Shown piece by piece: positions 45,939-58,654 of a DNA stretch of 64,000 bases (its first letter is position 1; each line of letters starts with the position of its first letter). This DNA is from Octopus sinensis (lineage: Eukaryota). The notes below the pieces were generated by a model. It made no database searches. It worked only from the letters and a program-made list of their open reading frames with translations, and was not told where the DNA came from. A program made the position numbers and the translations under genes. The stretch is from NCBI RefSeq assembly GCF_006345805.1, contig NC_043010.1, positions 28,210,001-28,274,000 of the forward strand. The letters run 5' to 3'.

Positions 45939-47288
45939 ATGAAGTTTGCAGTTGCAACTGCTGTTCTTTTCGTTTTCCTGATTCCAATTTTTGCATTGAC
46001 CGTAACATGTCGCGTGTTGTCTTCCAGGGGACACGATCTTGTTGATTGGGAACATTCACGGCAACGGCATCATCGTCAGAACCTCAATCACGACCAGGTG
46101 GAATCCCCGGAGGAGACTGTCAATGGAAAGTACGAAAACGTCCAACAACGGAACGAAGGAGATCCGCAGTATCGTCACAGACAACAAATCCATGTGCGAT
46201 ACGGAAAGCACGCCCGACAGAGTCACGGGAAATCTATTCGGCGCCGACAGAGAGAATGTCACAAACAGCGATCTAGGGAACGAAACTGGCGTCGGCGCAG
46301 TGAGCGTCTTGGTCAACGACTTAGAGGTCATCAGAGAGAATTCCACAAGAAGCTGATGAAAGGACACAACCAGCATCAACACCGGCAAGGAAGGTTCGAT
46401 GAGTATCATGGTTTAGAAACCATTGGGCATCGAGAAGATTTCGACGAGCTGCAACGTTTAGGAAGCTCTCAGCATCAAGAAGAAGATTTTTACGACTTAC
46501 AGGCCGCCCAGCACCAAGAGGGGAATTTTGACGAGCAGCCATATTTAAGGGCCACACAGCACCAAGAGGGGGATTTTGACAAGCAGACAGATTTAAGGGC
46601 CAGTCAGCACCGAGAGGAAGATTATGATGACCAGCCACTCATAGATGCTTCACGATACCGTGAGAGAGAGTTTTATGACTTAGATGCCACTCAGCATCAA
46701 GAAAGAGATTTTGACGAGCAGCAAAACTTAGGGGCCACTCAGCACCAAGACGAAGATTTTGACGAGCAGCAAGACTTAGGGGCCACTTATCACCAAGATG
46801 GGGATTTTGACGAGCAGCAACACTTAGGGACCACTCAGGACCGAGACGAAGATTTTGACAAGCAGCAGCCCGTAGGTACGCCTCAATACCATGACAGCGA
46901 TTTTTATGACTTAGAGGGAGCTGACCACCATGAAGGAGATTATGACGAACAACACAACTTAGGGGTCACTCAGCATCGAGAGGAAGATTTTGACGAGCAG
47001 AGAGACTTAGGAGACACACAGCACCGATGGAGCGACCATGATGAACAGCAAGATTTATGGGCCACTGAACAAGAAAGAGAATTTCACGAACATCCAGAAT
47101 TAGGAACTGCTCAACACGAACAGGAAGAATTCCACGAAGAATTACTCACACAAGACTATGAGCTGCCAGGAAAGATCGGTAAAATAGATGAAGATGAAAC
47201 TCAATATATAAGTGATATCAATAAAGAAGCTATCATACCAACAGGTGTGGGAGTCCAGCCTCCACAGCCATCACCAGCATCATATTAA
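45939..47288 (+). CDS. Putative secreted protein: signal peptide, Arg/His/Gln-rich basic block, acidic 16/13-aa tandem repeats (449 aa if single-exon)
   Basis: 1.35-kb open frame that is not microsatellite-derived. ATG in GAACCATGA context; hydrophobic MKFAVATAVLFVFLIPIFA; ~16 repeats of consensus ATQHQEEDFDEQQDLG. The 3' end could be spliced. Confidence 0.8.
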   Translation: MKFAVATAVLFVFLIPIFALTVTCRVLSSRGHDLVDWEHSRQRHHRQNLNHDQVESPEETVNGKYENVQQRNEGDPQYRHRQQIHVRYGKHARQSHGKSIRRRQRECHKQRSRERNWRRRSERLGQRLRGHQREFHKKLMKGHNQHQHRQGRFDEYHGLETIGHREDFDELQRLGSSQHQEEDFYDLQAAQHQEGNFDEQPYLRATQHQEGDFDKQTDLRASQHREEDYDDQPLIDASRYREREFYDLDATQHQERDFDEQQNLGATQHQDEDFDEQQDLGATYHQDGDFDEQQHLGTTQDRDEDFDKQQPVGTPQYHDSDFYDLEGADHHEGDYDEQHNLGVTQHREEDFDEQRDLGDTQHRWSDHDEQQDLWATEQEREFHEHPELGTAQHEQEEFHEELLTQDYELPGKIGKIDEDETQYISDINKEAIIPTGVGVQPPQPSPASY

Positions 47289-47379
47289 CTATGATAAACA
47301 TCACCGTGTGGCTGAGAGCTTGAATCAAGTAAATATTGACTAGCATATACACAAGGTAAGACACAACTCTTATTTTGAT

Positions 47380-47411
<32 letters not shown>

Positions 47412-47659
47412 AAAAGATGTCAATCGCTATTACGATTTAAAACAAAATTTTGTTAAATCTTGTTTACACGCAAAACCCTCACAACACACACTCACACACA
47501 CACACGTTCTTTGCTTTGTCCGATGCTGTCCATAATGGTTTTCTTAACGTAAGCCTTTGTGGTTAATAAAGAAATCATCATTACCATCATCATCACCATC
47601 ATCATCATCGTCGTCGTCGTCGTCATCTTCGTCGTCGTCATCATCATCATCATCATCAT

Positions 47660-48080
47660 TAAGGCGGCGAGCAGAATTCTTTATGAGCTGGCAGGAACGT
47701 TAGCACGCCGGGCGAAATGCGTAGCAGTATTTTGTCTGCAGTTACGTTCTGAGTTCAAATTCCGCCGAGGTCGACTTTGCCTTTCATCATTTCAGGGTCG
47801 ATAAATTAAGTACCAGTTACGGAGTGGGGTCGATGTAATCGACTTAATCCGTTTGTCTGTCCTTGTTTGTCTCCTCTGTGTTTAGCCCCTTGTGGATAGT
47901 AAAGAAATAGAAATAGGTATATTGTCTGCCGCTAATGTTTTGAGTTCAAATTCCGCCAAGGTCGACTTTGTCTTTCATCCTTTTAGGGTCGATAAATTAA
48001 GTACCAGTTGCGTACCTGGGTCGATCTAAACGACCATCCCCCTCCCCAAAAATTTCGGGTCTTGTGCCTAGAGAAGAAAA
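47660..48080 (+). mobile_element. SINE family B dimer (monomer 1 with Tx1-like tail, monomer 2 with alternative tail)
   Basis: GAGTTCAAATTCC B-box twice. First tail TTTAGCCCCTTGTGGATAGTAAAGAAATAG, second tail CCCTCCCCAAAAATTTCGGGTCTTGTGCCTAG. Confidence 0.85.
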
Positions 48081-48096
48081 CATTATTATTATTATT

Positions 48097-48890
48097 CTAT
48101 GTTTGATTTTTGCTTTACATTTGTACAAGTTGATTCCAAGTCTCACCCAGAGACTTCAAGAGACAACATGTTAGAAGTTCATGTTAGTGTTATGCCTAGG
48201 GTGCCATATATTTGGTTTTGTACATAGTGTTGTTCTAGAGAATGTTTAAGAAACCATAAGAAAATTATGTTTGTTTTAAAACTTGAGATTACATAGAAAG
48301 TATTTTGCGTAGGATATGAGCAATTCCCATGAGCACTATCTTTTGAATTTCTGCCATTTTGGGGTTTCTTGGTATCTGAACTACGTAGCAATCAGCCCCT
48401 TTTGCTATCATTCCCAGAACACCTATGACAACAGGTATTGTTTTAGTCTTCAGGTTCCACATTTTGCTAATTTCTATTTCAAGATCTTTATATTTGCTTA
48501 GTTTTTTGTATATCTTGACAGATATGCATATATCGATTGGGACAGTCATATCAATGAGGAGGCATGATTTTTGTCTGAAGTCTTTCAATATGATGTCTGG
48601 CCTATTCGCATCTATCTTTCTGTCAGTTTGAATGGTGAAGTTCCAGAGGAGTGAGATGTGATCATTTTCAAGCACTGGAAGTGGTTTGTGTTCCCACCAG
48701 TTTTTATCATGGGACAAGTTCGGGCTTTTGCAAATTACGCAGTGAATATATTGCGCAGCTCTATCATGCCGGTTGAGATACTCTGTAGGCACAAGAAGAC
48801 TGCACTTGGAGACAACATGATCGATGGTTTCATTTTGTTGTTGACATACATGACATATTGGGCTACTGCCGTTCTTTAATATGTTGGCCA
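48097..48890 (-). mobile_element. R4/Dong-like RLE LINE 3' fragment (subfamily D)
   Basis: CHVCQQQNETIDHVVSKC..YLNRHD..ANRPDIILKD..LIDMTVP..KLSKYKDL..IPVVIGVLG; both ends in (AAT)n. Confidence 0.9.
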
Positions 48891-48909
48891 TATTATTATT
48901 ATTATTATT

Positions 48910-49407
48910 GAGTGAGCGAGCAGAGCATGCCATCAAAGTGACACCGGGGTAAAATATACGAAGCCCAGTATACCCATCATGACTACCCGTCTGATAAGGG
49001 TACACCAGGCACATGCATCACAACCATATGTGCGCGACATGGTGATCTCATATTAAGATAAACAGCACATGACCTTGCAGGTGGAGCTCAGTTAGAATTT
49101 TCTTCAGATCGAGTAACCCATCCTGCTCAAAAGGTCCCTGAATAAGGGTTGTTTAAGGACGTTGAACGAAACACCCATGTTTCCAGAGGTGAATTATTCA
49201 AACCCCAAAGAATCCTTCTCAACACATGGCTATGATGCTCCCCCACTACTTCTGCTCGTGATCAGAGATGCACATATCGTCAGCCACTAAGGGACATGCT
49301 CAACTGGTTAAGGTCAAACAACTGACAAGCAAATCTGTGGTATTGAGCAGAATATTTGCTGTAGCCCATCTTTTATACCAAGACAAAACAATGTACATGA
49401 TAACATG
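48910..49407 (-). mobile_element. ~560-bp (AAT)n-associated repeat, copy 3
   Basis: Homologous to 35539-36095; flanked by (ATT)n. Confidence 0.85.
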
Positions 49408-49435
49408 TACATTATTATTATTATTATTATTATTA

Positions 49436-49470
<35 letters not shown>

Positions 49471-49527
49471 TATTATCATTATATTATTATTATTATTATA
49501 TTATTATCATTAATATTATTATTATTA

Positions 49528-49562
<35 letters not shown>

Positions 49563-49616
49563 TTATTATTATATTATTATTATTATTATTATTTTTATTT
49601 TTATTATTATTATTAC

Positions 49617-49686
<70 letters not shown>

Positions 49687-49695
49687 GTTATTATT
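49408..49695. repeat. Long imperfect (ATT)n microsatellite
   Basis: Visible directly. Confidence 0.95.
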
Positions 49696-50238
49696 GAATG
49701 AGAAAATAATGCATGCCATCAAAGTGACACTGGGGTAAAATATACGAAGCCCAATATACCCATCATGACGACCCGTCTAATAGGGCCCACCAGGCATATG
49801 CAACACAACCATGTATGCACGACATGGTGATCTCATATCAAGATAAACAGCACATGACCTTGCAGGTGGGACCCAGTAAGAATTTTCTTCAGGTCGAGTG
49901 GCCCATCCCGCTCAAAAGGTCCTTGAATATGGGTTGTTTAAGGATGATGAACAAAACACCCATGTTGCCAAAGGTGAAATATTCAAACCCCAAAGAATCC
50001 CTCTCAACACATGGCTATGATGCTCCCCCACTACTTCTGCTCGTGATCAGAGATGTACATATCGTCAGCCACTAAAGGACATGCTCAACTGTTAAGGTCA
50101 AACAACTGACAAGCAAATCTGTGGTATTTGCTGTAGCCCATCTTTTATACCAAGACAAAACAATGTACATGATAACACTTCCAATTAGTTAAGATCAGAA
50201 GCCACGAGAGCCACTACCTGGTACTGCATCAGAGCATT
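49696..50238 (-). mobile_element. ~560-bp (AAT)n-associated repeat, copy 4
   Basis: Homologous to 35539-36095, more diverged. Confidence 0.85.
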
Positions 50239-50254
50239 TAGTACTACTACTATT

Positions 50255-50460
50255 AAGTCGGCGAGCTGGTAGAATCGTTAGCACACCAGACAAAATGTTT
50301 AGCGACATATCGTCCATTCGTTCTGAGTTCAAATTCTGCCGAGATCGACCCTGACGTTCCTCCTTTAGAGGTCGATAAAATAAGTACCAGCCAAGTAGAG
50401 GTCAATGAATAGTCTTCCCCTTTCTCTCAAAAACTGCTGGCCCTGTGCCAAAATTTGAAA
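50255..50460 (+). mobile_element. SINE family B
   Basis: GGCGAGCTGGTAGAATCGTTAG...GAGTTCAAATTCTG...GGTCGATAAAATAAGTACCAG...CCTGTGCCAAAATTTGAAA. Confidence 0.75.
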
Positions 50461-50461
50461 C

Positions 50462-50527
<66 letters not shown>

Positions 50528-50533
50528 TAATAC

Positions 50534-50611
<78 letters not shown>

Positions 50612-50693
50612 ACTATTTTATAAATAGAGGTGTATATACATACATACACACTCACATATATATATATATACATGTGTGTGATGTGTGTGTGTG

Positions 50694-50725
<32 letters not shown>

Positions 50726-51827
50726 TGTATGTATGTATGTATGTTTAGTGGTTAAGTGTGTATCAGTATGTGTTAAGGCGAACAAATGCGATAGGCATGT
50801 GGATGGCTTTGAAGTAAACAAATAAATGATATCGATTCATAATTAAAATAATTTATTTACTGTTCTTGCACATCTGTGGAGGTGATATGTCAGAACTGAA
50901 TATGTTTGTGTGTGTGTGTGTGCATCGTTCATCTGAGAAAGTAGTTTGCTTTGAACCTTCGTTCGAATATTTCCCTTGTTCTCTGTCTGCGTCCAAAGCC
51001 TTTCTGCCTGTCTCTCTGTTGACTACGGTATTTTATAACTGCTGTGGCAGCTAGAAGGACAGACATACTGCAGCAGAGATTGTGCCTAAATCGGTCAGCT
51101 CTTGTCCATTTGAACTTCGTCTTACATGGTTGAGGTCGTAGGTCAAAGGGAGATGTTTTATCATTTTTTAACAGGACAAAGAAAACCTTTTTTCACACCT
51201 GTTGATCGTGGTGGTTTCGGCAACCGAGAATCCTTAGATTCGGTTTCGAATCTAAATTTGGAGAAGGAAGTGTTAATTTTTACATATGTTTGTATGTATG
51301 TATGTATGTATGTATGTATGTATGTAGTATGTATGTATGTATGTATGTATGTGCGTGTGTATAAATATGTGTATGTGTGTATTGACATTTATTTTTCCAT
51401 TCTTTAACTTGTTTTAGTCAATACACTGCGGTCATGCTGGGGTACCACCTTGATTGCTTTAGTCAATCAAATCGATACCAGGATTAAAAAAAAAAATCTG
51501 TTACTTGTTTTAAATCGCTTAAGTTATGGTGTAATAAATACCCACCCCACTCCGGCCACACACACACACGACAAATACGACTGGCTTCCACGAATTCGTT
51601 CCCAACTCATCAGTCACGGGCTGGAATGTATTTGATCGTTAGTCTTACTCAGTTAATGATAACAGCCGGCTAATCAACAGCAGCAACCGAGAAGAATATT
51701 CTGGAACAGCTTAAAGCATTTTAATTAGGATGGGTTAATAGATTCCAAATCTTGTGATTCTCTAATTGGGGTCATTAAGAGAGCATTATAATTATTCAGG
51801 GCAACAAAACAACCCGTTTAATGCAAA

Positions 51828-52033
<206 letters not shown>

Positions 52034-52129
52034 CAATTAACATGTACTCTTCCAGTGTGTGATAAATATCATTTAATATACACAGTATTTAAATAAGACC
52101 TATTTAAATAAGTATATTTAAATAAGAGT

Positions 52130-52450
52130 TACGTATGGCCTAGTGGCTAGGGGTGTTCGGCTCACGATTGTAAAGTTTTCAGTTCGATTCCCGGCGACGC
52201 GTTGTGTCCTTCAGCAAGACACTTTATTTCACATTGCTCCAATCCATTCAGCTGGCAAAAATGAGTAGTACCTGTATTTCAAAGGGCCAGCCATGTCGCA
52301 TACTGTGTCAAGCCGAATCTCCTTGATAACTACGTTAAGAGTACACGTGTCTGTGGAGTGCTCAGCCACTTGCACATTAATTTCAGGAACAGGCTGTTCT
52401 ACTGATCGGATCAACTGGAACCGTCGTCGTCGTAACTGGCAGAGTGCCAG
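52130..52450 (+). mobile_element. tRNA-derived SINE family D
   Basis: TGGCCTAGTGG (A-box), GTTCGATTCC (B-box), GTGTCCTTCAGCAAGACACTT CORE-like segment; related copy at 57895-58040. Confidence 0.7.
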
Positions 52451-52679
52451 TTATGCTGTTAGTTCCCTACTGTGAAAACGCAATAAGCTAGCAAGCTTAT
52501 ATATCATGCATTGTGTTTCTAAGCAATCTTACAGGCTCTAATATACATCATGCCTGTACATTTGAGTCTGTAAGATGGTTTTTAAATTCAAGGCTAGATG
52601 TAGCTTATTGTGTTCTGACAGCATGGTACAAATAGCTCATATCTAAATACGGTGTATAATGCTATTTATAATTATATAG

Positions 52680-52841
52680 GCTGTAAGAAGCTTGCTTCCC
52701 AACCACATGGTTCCAGGTAGAGTCCCACTGCATGGCATCTTGGGCAAGTGTCTTCTACTATAGCCTCAGACCAACAAAAGCCTTGTGAGCGGATTTGATA
52801 GACAGAAACTGAAAGAAGCCCCTCGTATGTATGTATGTACG

Positions 52842-52928
<87 letters not shown>

Positions 52929-53615
52929 AATATGTAACGTTTTAGTCGAGGGTCACCAATTGTAACGGTTCTTGTTGCATCGGAAGGAAGTAGTTCTTTC
53001 TAGTCGGGGTGACCATTTGTGGAGGGAATGATATTCGTTGTTTGCCATTTGTAAGACGAAATAGCATGCGAAAGTTAATTTCGACTTGTATGTGTGTACA
53101 GGTTCTTATTGTAGAAGTAAACCATAGATAGTGATAGAATGAGAAAAGAAATTGAGCTAGTGAAGGTTAAGAGTCGCGGGAAGTTGTGTCTTATTGTTGG
53201 CTGATTGTTAACTTTCTGTCTCCTTCTCGCCGCTTGTCTTTAGTGGCTGCCTGCTTATGACCATGGCTAGTTGGTCTTTGTTCATTAACTCATGGTTGCT
53301 CTCACTAACTGATTTTGCCTTACCCAATTCTAGTATTTATAACTAGCCAAAACCAGCTAGAAGGATAGACATATTATTGAGAACAATAGATTTCGTTGGT
53401 GGTCTGTTATCTCTATTCTAGCATTTGGTGGCCTAGATGTTAGAAGGGTCAAGTGGCAAAGACATTATTCTGCTTAGCGAAGGCATCTGGCAAATACAAC
53501 TGCTGTCACTCACAGAAAAACTATTGTTTTACCGTGAGAAAAGTGCTGTTGAACTGTTAAGTGAAATTTGGCGATCGAGGATCGAATCCACGCTATGCCT
53601 GCATGAAACCACTAC

Positions 53616-53646
<31 letters not shown>

Positions 53647-53900
53647 TGTATGTATGTATGTATGTATGTATGTATGTATGTATGTATGTATTTGTGTGTC
53701 TGTGTTTGTCTTCCCACCATCGCTTGACAACCAATATTGGTGTGTTTACGTCTAGTAACCTAGTGGTTCGGCCAAAAGCGACCGATATAATAAGTACTAG
53801 GCTTACAAAAAATAAGTCCTGGGGGTTGATTTGTTTGACTAAAGGCGGTGCTTCAGCATGGCCGCAGTCAAATGACTGAAACGAGCAAAATAATAAAAGA
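52680..53900 (+). mobile_element. SINE family A split by a ~680-bp insertion in its internal microsatellite
   Basis: Head/body at 52680-52825 and tail at 53690-53900, collinear with intact copies. Confidence 0.75.
52933..53616 (-). mobile_element. Candidate solo LTR, second family (684 bp)
   Basis: TGTAA...CTACA termini and TATAAATA on the minus strand near 53335; TSD cannot be resolved in the TA/TATG flanks. Confidence 0.45.
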
Positions 53901-53932
53901 ATGTATGTGTGCGTGTGTGCGAGTGTGTGTGT

Positions 53933-53977
<45 letters not shown>

Positions 53978-55104
53978 AATAAGGGTAGGTTGTTAGCAAT
54001 TTTTCAGCCGAAAAGCATAAATATGAACGTCACTAAAGCGAGTAAAAAAATACTTAATGACTCTCGAATCCAGTGCTGAGGGAGCTTGTGTCCTATGTCA
54101 CTCATTAAGATAGTGGCTTATCGTGGCTATGGGTTGTTTTGACTGTTATTTCTTGCAATACTGGTACTGACTAGCGCTCATAATTGCTTCAATGACGTAT
54201 ATATGTATGTCCACATACATAATACATACATACATACATACATACATACATACATACATAATACATACATACATACATACATACATACACACACTCATGT
54301 ATTTGTCTTGTGAGTGAATTTGGTAGATGAAAACTGTGGGGAAGACTATCGTATATATGTGTGCCCTCTTACATGAGTGTATACATGTGTGTGTGCGCGC
54401 ACGTGTGTGTGTGTGCGCGCACGTGTGTGTGCGTGTGAGTACGCGTGTGAGTACATCTGTCTGTCTGTATATATGCATGTGTGTATGTATGATTATATGT
54501 GTGTGTGTGTGTGTGTGTGTGTTTTTCTTTGTTCTGATGGTAATTTGAATTTAATATTTGCCTCTCAATATATTTTCTTTTCAGGTGCTGTGTCCTAAAA
54601 TGTAACACACCTTATGTTTTCATTCTTCACCTGCCTATGTCATGAGTTAATTCTGCAACCGAACGTCCAATCTATTTGTCCTGATCGGCTAAATCTATCT
54701 TCAAAACGCTCGTGTCGACATCTGCTTAAATCAACATCCCTTGGTATCTATACAACATATCAAGTTAAATAGGACGGCTGAATATTTGCAAACTTCAACA
54801 TATGAAACATTTCGCTTGATATATCTGACTAAGATTCACCTGCTTGGTATATTTGTATATCAAGGTCTACGGTGGTTAACATCAGACTTGGAGGATCTTC
54901 AAAAGTCTTGAAATAACACCAACTGTTCCCTTTCTTGTGTTCCTTTGCCCAAACCATGAAAAGATAGCCCAGATCTTTTTATATCTCTAATAAAATTGAC
55001 CATTATATAACAACGTAAACATAGCAATTTAAATTTATTTCCACCGTTTTAAACGGATGTTGAATTTATCTGTTCGATCAATCTGTCAAAACCACAGCCT
55101 TGTA

Positions 55105-55113
55105 AATAGATAA

Positions 55114-55193
<80 letters not shown>

Positions 55194-55226
55194 GTAGGTA
55201 GATAGGTAGGTAGATAGATAGGTAGG

Positions 55227-55315
<89 letters not shown>

Positions 55316-55385
55316 GGATAGATAGATAGATAGATAGATACATACATACATACATACATACATACATACATACATACATACATAG
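55105..55385. repeat. (GATA)n/(CATA)n microsatellite with no Tx1 insertion
   Basis: Visible directly; a second (CTAT)n tract lies at ~55608-55745. Confidence 0.95.
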
Positions 55386-55608
55386 TTGCCTAAAATCATA
55401 TTTCGATTAATAAAGTGGGTATAGCGACTTTATTAATCAGTATGATATCGGGAGCTGAGATAACCTGGTAATCATTAAAAAATGGTATCTACGCCACATT
55501 ATTCGTTTCAAACTTTTCTGACGATTGTTGGGATTATCTCAACTCCTTGTATGAAACTCTTGGTAAAGTGGCTAATATGAAAATTTGATATTGTATTTTA
55601 TGAATAAC

Positions 55609-55732
<124 letters not shown>

Positions 55733-57343
55733 ATATCTATCTATCTGTCTGTTTGTCTGTCTGTCTGTCTCTCAGTCTCTCAGTCAGTCTATCTGTTTGT
55801 CTCTCTAAGATGATAGATCAGTTTGCTAGATGTATTGCTATGATATACTAAAATTACAATAGTCTAGAACAGTTATAACTGCCTTATCTAAAATGCCTCT
55901 TCTGGAATGTACTTCGTATGTACAACAATTATTTGAATAAAACTTTACCTTGGCCTAGCTCCCATCTGGTCCGTGAAGACAAGCCACTTTGCCAACCATC
56001 ACGATCCATAATCGCTACCTCCAACTCGAGGGTAGAATCCAATCCCGTGTCCTCCTTCAGGTCGTCGATAAATGTCTGACGACGTCATCTACTATTACCA
56101 TTTCAATGCTGTGGGTGCCAGAGCACGGGTTTTTCCGCTTCTTCTACCTGGTGTCACATACATGAGATAGCGAATATAATAGTTAAAAGTTTTAATTGCA
56201 TAAAATATTTTAGTTATTTATATGAAATTCCTTCATGGTTGTTAGAAACAAAGTAAGTAGAAAGAGTGAAAACACCTAGCAACTAAACTAACAGAGTTCT
56301 GTGTAGCATCTGAGGTTGTTTTGTTTGGAAATTCAATATAATTGCCTTTTATAACATTCAGTCAAACTTCAAGAACCTTCGGTCAAACTAATTTTAAAGA
56401 AGTCTACTGCTTATTTGAACACATCCCATCCAATCTGATTGGTGGAACTATGCTCATATAGGAGATAATGAGCTAAGAGAAATAACTCAGACTGCTTATT
56501 GATATGTATATGATGGACAAAAATGAATAAGGATACATTAAATAGCATACAAGATAAATTCTTGATTTACTGAGATTATCTTCGCTTTCAGATAGGTTTC
56601 TTGAGATGGCCATTCACTTTAATCAATATATTTGTCATTCGTTCGGTTACCCAACAAAGAAAACGCAGTTATATGGTGTAACCTCCTTCCATTATTTCCT
56701 ATATTAGGAACACAAAGAGTAATAAAATTTTTACACATAAGCCGGTATAAATGCTGGTTGGTTGGTTGGTTGGTTAGTTCGTTGGTTGGTTGGTTGGTTG
56801 ATTTCTCCAACCACGATTTATGTCGTATAGAGAGGGGGATACAGAAAGTAGAAGAAAGAAAGATACAGAGAGAATAAACATAAGAGGTGTGGGATAAGTG
56901 TACGTACGTGAGGTGGTAGCAGGCAATAAATAAGGAAACGCTACACACACGTTAGAGAGAAAGCATAATAGACAGAAAAGAAAAAGGAGAAGAGGAGGAA
57001 GAGGAGGTGAGGTGAAAAGGTAGGAGATTGGGTGGGAGGGGAAAAAGAGAGGGAGTATATGACAGAGATGTGAGGGGAGAAGTTACACGTAAGAGAAATA
57101 CGTTTTGATTTTATTTTAAAGTGAGAAATTTTAATAGCTTTCTTTTGAAAGTTAGCATTCATCTCATGGTTTTGTCTAAGCAGCAAGAAATTTGATGGCA
57201 AAAGTTAAATCATAATCATTCACTGCATGTCATATCTCCTGACATAATTCATAGTGGCAAAAGTCTACGTCCAGAGTTACTCCTCATGTGACGGGTAACA
57301 CTTCAGGATATCTACTAAATCAGTCATCATTATTATGTATATA

Positions 57344-57537
57344 CGAGGGAGTACTGAAAAGTTCCTGGCTTTAAGGGTCGCGCGAAAGGCCTGGTTGGTG
57401 CTTATGAAATAAGCAAATAACAAAACTTGACAATAAGTGTATGAATCTTAGAGAGGAATATGTTGTATAAAATCATAATTAGCTGCACCTCTTGTATTTT
57501 CTTTTATTCAACGCCAGGAACTTTTCCTCAACCCATC

Positions 57538-57540
<3 letters not shown>
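57344..57540. mobile_element. MITE family M1, copy 3
   Basis: TA-CGAGGGAGTACTGAAAAGTTCCTGG...CCAGGAACTTTTCCTCAACCCATCG. Confidence 0.75.
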
Positions 57541-57608
<68 letters not shown>

Positions 57609-57660
57609 TACAAAAACAACCAAAAAGGCGAAAACGGGTGTGTAAACAACAAACAGATGT

Positions 57661-57728
57661 ATTAGTTTAACGCTCGGGAAGTGAGAAAGTCTTTTACGTT
57701 TCGAGCCTTCGCTCTTCAACAGAAGGGA
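57661..57728 (-). ncRNA. Degenerate hammerhead-like motif
   Basis: Minus strand: CTGTTGA-A-GAGC-GAAG-GCTC-GAAA-CGT...GCG-TT-AAAC. Confidence 0.45.
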
Positions 57729-57894
57729 ATAAGAGAAATAAATAGGGAGAGAAAATAGAAAAGGTTTAGTGGCTAGCGATAGACACATATATAATTTTCT
57801 TTGAAAATATCAATAAATGTAAACAATATTAAGAGTGTTTCGTAATCCTTCTGATTAAATACAGTTTTACATAAAAAACAATGTTTCGTGTGTG

Positions 57895-58040
57895 AAAGCG
57901 TATGGCCTGGTGGTTAGGGTGTTACACTCACGATCGCAAGTTCATGGTTTCGATTCCTAGATCGGCAGTTCATTGAGATCTTGAGCAAAGGACATAATTT
58001 AACGTTGCTTTGGTCCACTCAGCTATAAATGGACAGCTCT
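57895..58040 (+). mobile_element. SINE family D fragment
   Basis: TGGCCTGGTGGTTAGGGTG...GTTTCGATTCC head. Confidence 0.6.
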
Positions 58041-58099
58041 GAGGCAGACTGGCGCGCGCGCACACACACGCACACACGCACACAACACACACACCACAC

Positions 58100-58134
<35 letters not shown>

Positions 58135-58654
58135 GCGCACACACAACGGATTTTCGCAGTTCCCGTCAGGGATATTCTATTCAAACTCTATTATCAATCT
58201 AGTGACACGTTAAAAGACATTTGCTCTAATATGTTCCAAGTGAACTTCTTAACGGCACAGCTTTACCAACATATCTTCTCACTGGCAAGATGACGTTATC
58301 TTATAAACATGAAGGTCACCTCGCTTTGTTTATTTTCAGTAACATTTCGTTCGTAGTTACTGCCTTCTCATTATCTTCTCATTAATATTCTACTCTAAAT
58401 TAAAGCTAACTAATTCTAGTCATACCCTAAATGAAGGGTTGTCAGACTGATAATTACATTGCCTTCTCTGCTAAAAAAAAAAAAAGAAAAAGGAAAAAGC
58501 GAAACGAATTTATGAACTCCACCTCCGTTATTCATGACAGCACTACATAGAACCTGCTTCCATATAGCTCTTCTCTATTCACCACGGTGTTGGACAAAAT
58601 TATAAAAAGTTTTAAATTATCTAGATTTTAGTAAACATGACTCTTTGTTTAACA

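Noticed and set aside
48289-49014. 241-aa ORF treated as one gene
   Set aside because: Chimera of the 560-bp repeat, an (AAT)n poly-Asn tract and a 5'-truncated Dong-like ORF.
52075-52120. TATTTAAATAAG x3 palindromic repeat
   Set aside because: Short, AT-only and expected by chance or slippage in this composition.
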